From positions 1,327,902 through 1,359,901 of the forward strand of contig OZ242365.1 of the NCBI GenBank assembly GCA_965208905.1: a stretch of 32,000 bases of DNA, given 5' to 3'. This DNA is from Nitrosopumilaceae archaeon (GTDB lineage: Archaea > Thermoproteota > Nitrososphaeria > Nitrososphaerales > Nitrosopumilaceae). Made by a program: the position numbers and the translations under genes. Below, piece after piece: positions 16,884 through 24,765 of this stretch. The first letter of the stretch is position 1; every line of letters begins with the position of its first letter. The notes beneath the pieces are model-generated. The model worked only from the letters and a program-made list of their open reading frames with translations. It did not search any database and had not been told where the DNA came from.

Positions 16884-18362
16884 GGGAATTATATAGATAA
16901 GAAAACAGCCACAGCTGCGCGCTTATCCCTTTTCTGACGACTTTTCTGTATGGAGTGGAGCATGGCGGGTGTTGGCTTGTAGCCCTCCTTGTGCCCCGGC
17001 CGTCTTAGGACGACGTTCCCCGCCGCCCGATACAGAATGTTCCAGGCGGCATTGACATCCGCGTGGAACACTCTGGTACAGTTAGTGCAAATGAACTTAT
17101 CGCGTGATATACGCGACTCTGAGTCTACGTGACCACACACATGGCACGTCTGGCTCGTATATTTGGCCGATGCCCCCAACAGCGGTATGTTGTGCATCTC
17201 ACACCACTGCGCAAGCTTGCGCAGGAACTCCCCAACACGGTTCTCCCGCATTGAACGGTTCATGGCGCGTTTGTAATTCCCGCCATGGGTGGTCATATCC
17301 TTTACGGAGAGCGATTCGACCACGACTGCGTCCACACCATTAGTTATCTGCGCAATCGTCTGATTTATCGTGTTCGCGGCTATGTTGTTGGCCTTCCTGT
17401 ATAGCCGCTTAATTTGGTCATTCAATACACACCACTTCCGGCCATGCCGTACCTTATGGTCACGAAGGTTCTTGAGCGCGTCAATCTCCCGCAGGATTGC
17501 TCTATGGCGTGTGTTGTGTATTGTAACATTGCCATTTGTGTCGACGGTAACTGCCAGGTGTTTGCCGCCCACATCAACACCACGTATTACACCTGTATTG
17601 CGGTGCGGCTCGACCGGGACGCGCACGGCGATATGTATCTCAAACATGTGGTCGGACGGCTTTGTATGCTTGTCCACCCGTTTGGTGACATCAACTATCT
17701 TGAATGAGCGCATGTCCCATGATACATCGATGGGCTTGGCGGTCTCCACCGTACCATATCCGGGGATATGTATGGTGTGCTCACCTTTTCGTACAGGCGG
17801 TGTAACGGAACAAAGTATGATGCGGCCGTCTTTGCGGCGGTACGGCGCGTGGTCTGAGTTGTCATCTATAACCCTTCTACATGCGGCGGAGGCATCCTGT
17901 ATGGCGCCCCTGCCAAACGATGCGGGGCACTCGCGCAGCCATGTATGTTTGGCGCGCCACCCCGTAAGCTGCTTGAACATGCCATACTTTAATGCCCTCT
18001 TTGACGGCCCAAAATCATATGTATGGTAGTCATCGTCCAGCGTACCTGATGTAAAACCACCTAGTTTGCCCGGCAGTTTGAATGGCTGAAGGATGTCCAC
18101 TACCACCCTCTCCATATATTCGCCACCAAACAAATACTCTGATACGGCGCGGTTGTACACATATCTTGACGCATGATTCGTGCGGTGCGCCCACTCTACA
18201 AACAACACATCCTTTCGTAGCGGTACCTTGACTATCCGTATCATGATGTGTAATACGGTATACTGGTATTTAAGGAAGAATGTGGCGCATAGGCATGAAA
18301 TCCATGGTGGTTTAGGCGTTAACCAAAACCTCCGCAGGGGTGTTCTAATCTATATAATTCCC
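16884..18362 (-). mobile_element. TnpB-only element bounded by terminal inverted repeats and an 8-bp target-site duplication
   Basis: 23-bp TIRs at 16884-16906 and 18340-18362 match at 21/23, and the outer 15 bp GGGAATTATATAGAT are perfect. They are directly abutted by CCAATTAT at 16876-16883 and 18363-18370. Confidence 0.8.
16889..18244 (-). CDS. tnpB: TnpB (OrfB) RuvC-like RNA-guided endonuclease family protein
   Basis: RuvC motifs are GVDVGGKHLAV (D), AVVVESLSV (E) and FHADVNAAWNI (D). Zinc ribbon is CHVCGH...CTNC. The N-terminus has the YVYNRAV pattern. Confidence 0.9.
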   Translation of the reverse strand: MIRIVKVPLRKDVLFVEWAHRTNHASRYVYNRAVSEYLFGGEYMERVVVDILQPFKLPGKLGGFTSGTLDDDYHTYDFGPSKRALKYGMFKQLTGWRAKHTWLRECPASFGRGAIQDASAACRRVIDDNSDHAPYRRKDGRIILCSVTPPVRKGEHTIHIPGYGTVETAKPIDVSWDMRSFKIVDVTKRVDKHTKPSDHMFEIHIAVRVPVEPHRNTGVIRGVDVGGKHLAVTVDTNGNVTIHNTRHRAILREIDALKNLRDHKVRHGRKWCVLNDQIKRLYRKANNIAANTINQTIAQITNGVDAVVVESLSVKDMTTHGGNYKRAMNRSMRENRVGEFLRKLAQWCEMHNIPLLGASAKYTSQTCHVCGHVDSESRISRDKFICTNCTRVFHADVNAAWNILYRAAGNVVLRRPGHKEGYKPTPAMLHSIQKSRQKRDKRAAVAVFLSI

Positions 18363-18410
18363 CCAATTATCATACAAAACATCAAATATGTCTTGTAAAA
18401 CTTACTATGT

Positions 18411-18773
18411 ATGGATGCTTCAAGCGATATGCTAAAGACACTATATGGTCTTAATCCTGACATGTACAACATGGCATTTCAATTCCCACGCCTTCCACCC
18501 GCAGCACTGAAGAGGATTGGTATCAATAATGATACGTTTTATCGCCTAGGTGATGACATACTTTCTGCTGACTTTGAAACGTTTCGGGCAGCCTTTCTAG
18601 AGCGAGCCAATGCCCTCACTACTGGATCTGCAACAGTTCCTCCGGGCCATCCACTGAGTAGCGGACGCAGACTTTTAAACTCTGTAATTGCCGAAAGGGA
18701 CAAACTACAAAAGGAGAATCAAGAGTTGCGCGAACAACTCAAAGCTACCCCCGACACCAATACACCGCCATAA
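18411..18773 (+). CDS. hypothetical protein with C-terminal coiled-coil
   Basis: 120-aa ORF. A heptad-like ERDKLQKENQELREQLK segment is present. No family recognised. Confidence 0.5.
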   Translation: MDASSDMLKTLYGLNPDMYNMAFQFPRLPPAALKRIGINNDTFYRLGDDILSADFETFRAAFLERANALTTGSATVPPGHPLSSGRRLLNSVIAERDKLQKENQELREQLKATPDTNTPP

Positions 18774-18906
18774 CCCTACGTTGGTAATCCTGATACTTTT
18801 GCTGTGAGTATATCTCTACGATTAGGACCGCTAACCCGCCCAGTTAGAGTGACGTTCTTTGACTATGGATTATCCGAGATTGGACATAAATGACATCGAA
18901 TAAAAA

Positions 18907-19413
18907 TTACATATCTGATATTATATCTGCTCGTTTTGAAGAGATTTCCTTCTTGGCGTACTGTCTGATATCGTTTAACACATCAGGATTGGCGTCCTTG
19001 TATCGTTTAGATTCCATAAACATGTCTATCTTATCGGCATCATGCACTAGAATTGACTCGGGAGTCTTGGCTTCTACATACTCGCTCCATATGTCCTTGT
19101 ATTGGTTATGTAGCTTTTTTGGAAGTTTTTCTAGTATGTCATCCATGGCCTTTTGGGTGTGCTTCTTCTTTTCGTTCCGGGGCATCTGATCCGGGGTAAT
19201 ATCTCCGATTATGCCTTCGGCGATATCGTGCAGCAGGGACATCTTGACTACGCGCTCCGTATCTAAACCTTCCATGTCCGACAATGCCATTGCAATGACA
19301 CTTGCACCATAACTATGATCAGCTACAGTCTCACCCTCTTCCACACCTGCTTTTATCCAACCAGAACGGTATATCTCTTTGAGATCCAATGCTGCATTTG
19401 CTAAATCCATCAA
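18907..19413 (-). CDS. HD-domain phosphohydrolase (YfbR-like 5'-nucleotidase type)
   Basis: H...HD...D metal-binding pattern: VADHSYG, LLHDIAEGIIGDITP and VHDADKID. Confidence 0.85.
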   Translation of the reverse strand: MMDLANAALDLKEIYRSGWIKAGVEEGETVADHSYGASVIAMALSDMEGLDTERVVKMSLLHDIAEGIIGDITPDQMPRNEKKKHTQKAMDDILEKLPKKLHNQYKDIWSEYVEAKTPESILVHDADKIDMFMESKRYKDANPDVLNDIRQYAKKEISSKRADIISDM

Positions 19414-19730
19414 TACTTTCTCACATCTCCCTCAAGTAAACCGGAGCCAAGGTGTACCCTGTCTATATGTTTTGATAACAACTCGGCAGTTTTAAAAGTT
19501 GATCCACAATACGGACATACAAAATGCTCCATAATTTCCAGGTATATGTTTGATAATAAATAATTTCTGATTAATCTACAACGTTTCATAATTCGCATGC
19601 CTTTCGACAGGTCGTCTGGTTCCATGGCTGGCAGTGGCCGGCGGGACGATATAAGGACGCGGCGCGTTTCTTGGACATACACCAGGTTACAAATATCATA
19701 GGCCTTCTGCAGATTACTAGAATAATCCAC
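19410..19730 (-). CDS. small C2H2 zinc-finger protein (start codon uncertain)
   Basis: FVCPYCGSTFKTAELLSKHIDRVH fits C-X2-C-X3-F-X5-L-X2-H-X4-H exactly. The stop overlaps the HD gene start by 4 nt. The ORF opens with GTG, and internal ATGs are possible starts. Confidence 0.6.
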   Translation of the reverse strand: MDYSSNLQKAYDICNLVYVQETRRVLISSRRPLPAMEPDDLSKGMRIMKRCRLIRNYLLSNIYLEIMEHFVCPYCGSTFKTAELLSKHIDRVHLGSGLLEGDVRKY

Positions 19731-19775
19731 TAGGATCGCTCACTAGAATAACCCAATAGAATCACTAGATATCAT
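19715..19775. promoter_or_regulatory. 13-bp periodic (C/T)A(C/A)TAG repeat array upstream of the copper oxidase gene
   Basis: tactagaataatc / cactaggatcgct / cactagaataacc / caatagaat / cactagatatcat start at 19715, 19728, 19741, 19754 and 19763. Confidence 0.5.
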
Positions 19776-19782
19776 TATAAAA
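19775..19782 (+). promoter_or_regulatory. TATA-like box of the copper oxidase gene
   Basis: ttataaaa is centred about 27 nt upstream of ATG 19805. Confidence 0.4.
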
Positions 19783-19804
19783 CTCAAAGTATTGCTCACC
19801 TATA

Positions 19805-22800
19805 ATGATTAAATTAATGCTAGTAGCCATTATTACATTCTCACTGGCCGGAGTATCAGTACTTGCTTACTATGATACTCCCCAGAGCAATGCCGTGCCA
19901 CAGAGTGCAGGCATTCCGTTTGCAGAAGCTTCCACCCTACCCTCTGTTTCTCATGAAATATGGATAGAGGCAGTAAAAATGCCCGATGGGATGTACGCAT
20001 ACAAACTTGCCGCATATGACATGGATGGCACATCTGTGATCGACAGGTTTAGCACTAAACCATCAATTCCCGGTCCGACTCTGATCTTTACCGAGGGCGA
20101 TGAGGTTACGCTGCACCTGACAAATTTAGCCTGCAAGGATGATTATCTCATAGGAAGTAATGGACCGAACGAGAATTCTTATCTTGGAATTCACGTTCAC
20201 GGCGTGCATTATTCTATAGAAGATGATGCAAGCTACCAGCGAATGCATATGACCGGCACCACCGCTGAATCCGCCGCAAGCTGTGGCGATTCGGTGACTT
20301 ACGAATGGGATGTCGGCGTTGGAACTGCTGGAACATGGCCTTATCACGATCACACATTCAGCAAGAATGAAATCGGCTCCGAAGATCTGGGACTGTTCGG
20401 GACTGTCATTGTAAACCCCGCAAGCGGGACGGTTTCTGGTTTTGTCAATGGCGAGACTGGAACGATAGATTCAATACCCGTTGAAGACATCGAAAAGGAA
20501 TTCATCCTTTGGATGGTTTCCTCCAAAGTTTTGGGTACAAGTGTCTTTTATGGTATGGAAGTTGATAATGACGTAAACAATGATGGTACCATAACCACAG
20601 ACGACATCAAGCAGACCCCGTTGTGGACCAATCCTCCGCTCTACGCAACCGACGGTGCCAAAGTCAGATACCATGTACTTGGCATAGGTGATGAAACACA
20701 CGCATTCCACCTTCACGGCCACCGCTGGGTTGAAGCTACCGGAGGCGCAGCCGACATCATCGATGTAAAGGAGATATCGCCACTGCAGCGCCACACATTC
20801 GTCATTGAAGCGAGCGATAACGGAAATGAGCACACAGGTACGGAAGGTTGGATGTATCACTGTCATGTGTTTGAACACATGGAAGCTGGTATGAACGGAA
20901 TGATGATGGTAATCGACGGTAGCGATACGCTGCCGGAGATCGGCGCCGTCTTTACACTGAGCGATGAGCCGGGGACTTGGATGAAAACCTTGGATTCCGG
21001 GTTTACCGACGTACTTGACGATGCCTTAGCCGCTTCCACCCTGACCATCTCTGATGAGGCAGGTGAAGAAACGGTAATTCCATCACTGAACGCTAACCCG
21101 GAGGAGGGTACAGGATTCCCGCTGGATTATCTAGGCGTATTGTCTCCTGGATTCGCGGATTCTGAGGGCCGCTCCTTGGCGGTTATCGAGACCGGCCAAA
21201 CCGTACTGTTTGGCATGAAAGACTCGCAAACAAAACACACCATCACTGCGCTAATCTATCCGACTTCTGCCGCTTCGGATGGGCCGATTGGCGGCAACGG
21301 CGTATTGACGCAAGCCGGCATAGGACTCTTTGATGCCCAGACTGGTATCCGAGGCTCCACATTCATCACTGATGATGATGGATTTGCAGCCACGCTTGAC
21401 GAGCCCGGACTGTACGTGTTTGTCTGCAAGATACACCCGTATATGCTCAGCGCAGTCATAGTTGACGACCCCGAAACAAACATACATCTGGGTAATGTCA
21501 ACAAGGATTCCGGCGGCACAACAATTCCACTATTGGACCTCTCTGACAACCTGACCATTCTGACCCGCACCGGCACGTCCTTCCCGACAACGGTGTCCAT
21601 AAGTCCAGACGATCCGTTGATCGGACTGGTTACATCCTTGGTCAAGACATTCTACGCGATCACCGACCCGTCCAACTGGAAGGATTACACCCAAGATACA
21701 TGGAATGTAAACCTTCCACCAGCACCATTGACTACAAACAACAACGATGTATGGATCTTCTTGGTCGATGGTGATACCGTGGGTACCATTGCGGGATTGA
21801 CGGCTCCGTCCAACCCCGACACCGGAACAGTCGCGTCAACCATCCTGCCTCTAGGCTTGGACAGCTCTATGTCTATCAGCGCAGATGTCCCGCAAGTCAG
21901 CGGAGTAGGCGAGGTTTGGGTGAATACGCAGTTTGAGGCCACAGTGGGCAAGAACCTGCTGGGCACGCACGCGGACAAGCCAGGTACCATAACTGTGATT
22001 AACGCAGATGACTGGAGCATTGAGCGCAAGCTTTCCTTGCCTGAACTTGGGACGAACGATCCACAAAGATTGGCCACGAGTTTGGGCATGAACAACCCCC
22101 ATAATCTCTGGGCCGATGCCAAAAACGAGGTTATCTACCAGACTCAGTGGTTTGACAAACGGATGGTTGCATTCGAACGCGAATCCGGAGACGTAATCAA
22201 GGACATGTTTGTTGGTGAATCTCCATCACACGTTATGACTGCTCCTGCGGGAAGCGGTGAAGGAAACATTTACCTTGCCATGAACGGCGAGGAACAAATT
22301 ACAGTGGTAGATCCCAACACCTTTGATATCATTCAACAGATATCTACCGGTCCGCGTTCACACCCACACGGTCATTGGATATCCAGTGACGGCTCAAAAA
22401 TCGTAACTCCAGACTTTATAGGACTGAAGGCATCCATCATAGATCTTGAAGAAGGTACCGTGACCAGTGCTGCACATGCGGATGGTTCCACCCTGTTGAT
22501 TACGCCGATTGCAACCGGCATGATGGGTGATGTTTCAAAGTTCTATACCGCCGATTTCCTAGGAAACACCCTATCGGTAATTGATCTTAGTACAAACACC
22601 ATTACAAAACAAATAGACATAATTGCCGAAACTGGTGGCATAGTTGGACTTCCAATCCAGACGCCGGTTAGTCCGGATGATAAATGGATGGTTACTGCAC
22701 ACACACTTGGCACAAAGATCACCGTCGTTGATACTCGTACGGATGAAATTGTTGCCACTCTTCCATGTGATCCCGAATGCCATGGTGTTCAGTGGGGCGC

Positions 22801-23164
22801 AAAAAAGAACGGAGGATACTTGGCATACGTGTCCAGTAAATTCTCCAATGCTCTGATTGTCGTCGATCCTGACCCTAATGGAAACGGTAGCGCCCTTGAC
22901 GCAAGGGTTATTGGGAAGATTGTTCTCACAGAGCAGTTTGATACAGACATGGATGACCGAGTATACGATCACGCCGGAATGGGAGGACAAGGTCTCCTTA
23001 CAGTTCCAAATGTTTATGCGGGATGGATTCAGCAAACTATCGAAGCATGCTCAGATGGACAAGGAGAGCTCAGCGAACAACTGTGTGGAGAAGAGATGGT
23101 CGCATTCTTAGAATCACTAGAAGACGAACACTTGGACCCATTAAATCCTGCTAACGACGGCTAA
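19805..23164 (+). CDS. secreted fusion protein: two-domain multicopper oxidase + amicyanin-like cupredoxin + YVTN-type beta-propeller
   Basis: N-terminal signal/anchor MIKLMLVAIITFSLAGVSVLA. MCO motifs are HVHGVH, WPYHDH, HAFHLHGH and HCHVFEHMEAGM. The type-1 Cu site is KHT...FVCKIHPYM. The C-terminal roughly 480 aa carry repeated blade motifs (P.HG.WISSDGSKIV, TLSVIDLSTNTI, KITVVDTRTDEIV, ALIVVDPDP). Confidence 0.9.
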   Translation: MIKLMLVAIITFSLAGVSVLAYYDTPQSNAVPQSAGIPFAEASTLPSVSHEIWIEAVKMPDGMYAYKLAAYDMDGTSVIDRFSTKPSIPGPTLIFTEGDEVTLHLTNLACKDDYLIGSNGPNENSYLGIHVHGVHYSIEDDASYQRMHMTGTTAESAASCGDSVTYEWDVGVGTAGTWPYHDHTFSKNEIGSEDLGLFGTVIVNPASGTVSGFVNGETGTIDSIPVEDIEKEFILWMVSSKVLGTSVFYGMEVDNDVNNDGTITTDDIKQTPLWTNPPLYATDGAKVRYHVLGIGDETHAFHLHGHRWVEATGGAADIIDVKEISPLQRHTFVIEASDNGNEHTGTEGWMYHCHVFEHMEAGMNGMMMVIDGSDTLPEIGAVFTLSDEPGTWMKTLDSGFTDVLDDALAASTLTISDEAGEETVIPSLNANPEEGTGFPLDYLGVLSPGFADSEGRSLAVIETGQTVLFGMKDSQTKHTITALIYPTSAASDGPIGGNGVLTQAGIGLFDAQTGIRGSTFITDDDGFAATLDEPGLYVFVCKIHPYMLSAVIVDDPETNIHLGNVNKDSGGTTIPLLDLSDNLTILTRTGTSFPTTVSISPDDPLIGLVTSLVKTFYAITDPSNWKDYTQDTWNVNLPPAPLTTNNNDVWIFLVDGDTVGTIAGLTAPSNPDTGTVASTILPLGLDSSMSISADVPQVSGVGEVWVNTQFEATVGKNLLGTHADKPGTITVINADDWSIERKLSLPELGTNDPQRLATSLGMNNPHNLWADAKNEVIYQTQWFDKRMVAFERESGDVIKDMFVGESPSHVMTAPAGSGEGNIYLAMNGEEQITVVDPNTFDIIQQISTGPRSHPHGHWISSDGSKIVTPDFIGLKASIIDLEEGTVTSAAHADGSTLLITPIATGMMGDVSKFYTADFLGNTLSVIDLSTNTITKQIDIIAETGGIVGLPIQTPVSPDDKWMVTAHTLGTKITVVDTRTDEIVATLPCDPECHGVQWGAKKNGGYLAYVSSKFSNALIVVDPDPNGNGSALDARVIGKIVLTEQFDTDMDDRVYDHAGMGGQGLLTVPNVYAGWIQQTIEACSDGQGELSEQLCGEEMVAFLESLEDEHLDPLNPANDG

Positions 23165-23179
23165 ACAATACAACAATAA

Positions 23180-23193
23180 TTTTTTTGTTTTTT
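23180..23193 (+). terminator. oligo-T terminator after the copper oxidase gene
   Basis: tttttttgtttttt begins 16 nt after the stop codon. Confidence 0.5.
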
Positions 23194-23555
23194 AGAAATG
23201 CCACAAACTGTGGTGATGGATCTACCTGTCAAATCGGGCGGATAGAATCTTCTTATCCGCCTGCCTACAAATGAGTATGTCAGAAAGGTGATGTGCTGAC
23301 ATACGACAACAGCCACCAATAATTGAAAGCGCAGGTGGAAATAATAATATCCTCGTTCAAGAGGCTGCTGGGAGCGGCTCTCCGGGCAGTAAAACCCGAG
23401 TATATGATGGGGACGCACCATCTCTGGATTACCGTCTGAATGTATACAATCGTGCTGCTGGTGCCGGGCCTCCTGAGGCTTTATACTAGTGGACACACCA
23501 GATGAGATGAAGACAGAACAACATTAAAAATACCATCACTTAATAATACACACTG

Positions 23556-23918
23556 TTGCCTGATGACACCATCGTTGTATATGTGGATGGTCGGGGCGGT
23601 AACTCTAGTGGGTATGGCTACTATGCGCCAAATACGGGAGAATCAGATTTTATCAAGAAGTCAGACCTGACAAATATGGAGGCTGAATATACTGCAATTT
23701 TATTTGCATTGGAAAAGTATGCGTATACACAAAAACCACTTGTGTTGTATAGTGATGCGCAAACTGTAGTCTTGCAGATAAATCATGAATACTCTATAAA
23801 AAAAGATACACTTCGAGACCTGGCCCGTAAAATATGGCTCTTAATTAAAGAATATCCTTCAGTTGAGATAAAATGGATACCGCGTGAAGAGAACCTTGCA
23901 GGCAAGATGTTGGGCTGA
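23556..23918 (+). CDS. RNase H-like (type 1) domain protein
   Basis: VYVDGRG (Asp), NMEAEYTAILFAL (Glu) and LYSDAQ (Asp) are present. The C-terminal N..AD.LA motif reads NLAGKML, so the fourth acidic residue is missing. The start is TTG. Confidence 0.65.
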   Translation: MPDDTIVVYVDGRGGNSSGYGYYAPNTGESDFIKKSDLTNMEAEYTAILFALEKYAYTQKPLVLYSDAQTVVLQINHEYSIKKDTLRDLARKIWLLIKEYPSVEIKWIPREENLAGKMLG

Positions 23919-24686
23919 CTATGACCCACTCAGACTGCGCCGGTATATGCATTGTGTGGGGTCTACGTACATTGAATCATCTGGCATAGTGTATCCGCCG
24001 GTCACAATATTAGAACCGCGTACGACAACATAGGGTGTTGATTGGGATCCCTCACCCATGATGTAGTTGCCTGCCGATGCCATACTGTCTGCTACAGCCT
24101 GAAATGTTACCTTGAGCGGCTTTCCGTCCAAGTCTGAGCGACCGCGCATGTCTATAACTGGCGAGAGTCCCGCACACGCTACGGCGACACCAACAGTTCC
24201 TACACGACCTGGCATTAGGCGACTGTCTGCTAGTATGACCCCCACAAGAATACCTGTATCTAAAAATATGCGGCGACGAAGAGTCTCGGCAGTCTTATGC
24301 GGAGATGCAGGATACATTATCAAACTATCATGTCCAGCATTGGATGCATCAATTCCTGCATTTGGGGCCATCATGCCATTTGTGAAAGCTAAAACAAACC
24401 CGTTCATGCCACCTAATGTATAATCAGACTCTCGTAGTATGACCTCTGCTGTCTTTGATTTTATTCTATATCTGTTGGAGATATGTTGCGCATAGTCTGA
24501 AACGTGTATGGTATTGGTTTGTATGATGCGGCCTTCGGATATTGCAGCAAATTTTGTAGACACTATAACGACATCACCAGGTAATATTTTTAGATGATTT
24601 TTATATAATCCATCTTTGAGGCATCTGTACAAATCAAATCTATCACTCTGTCTCTTTACACGTACGGGGAATAAATTCATCTTCAT
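23919..24686 (-). CDS. cofE: CofE-like coenzyme F420:L-glutamate ligase family protein
   Basis: VIVSTKFAAISEGR, APNAGIDASNAG, LRRRI...GVILAD and FQAVADSMASAGNYIMGEG...PYVVVRG match the CofE pattern. Confidence 0.8.
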   Translation of the reverse strand: MKMNLFPVRVKRQSDRFDLYRCLKDGLYKNHLKILPGDVVIVSTKFAAISEGRIIQTNTIHVSDYAQHISNRYRIKSKTAEVILRESDYTLGGMNGFVLAFTNGMMAPNAGIDASNAGHDSLIMYPASPHKTAETLRRRIFLDTGILVGVILADSRLMPGRVGTVGVAVACAGLSPVIDMRGRSDLDGKPLKVTFQAVADSMASAGNYIMGEGSQSTPYVVVRGSNIVTGGYTMPDDSMYVDPTQCIYRRSLSGS

Positions 24687-24765
24687 ATATTATAACACCA
24701 CAAGGGAATTTTTAGCGTTACCATGATGATGCCAAAGTTTTAAAATCCTCCATTATAATAACAAA

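Noticed and set aside
22760-22780. CDPECH in the propeller region resembles a variant CX3CH haem c attachment site.
   Set aside because: It is a single occurrence in a protein otherwise built around copper sites. No cytochrome c maturation context is visible. A disulfide or metal ligand is an equally likely explanation.
23161-23496. 111-aa minus-strand ORF in the gap after the oxidase gene.
   Set aside because: It has no start context, no motifs and an odd composition. The region looks like structured non-coding or decayed sequence.
23380-23560. Possible C/D-box sRNA (AUGAUGG ... CUGA and GAGAUGA ... CUGA) and an SRP-RNA-like CAGG..GCCCGG..AGCAGC string on the minus strand.
   Set aside because: The box sequences are imperfect, the spacing does not give a C/D'/C'/D layout, and there is no terminal stem. 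The SRP-like string lacks the complementary helix 8 arm.
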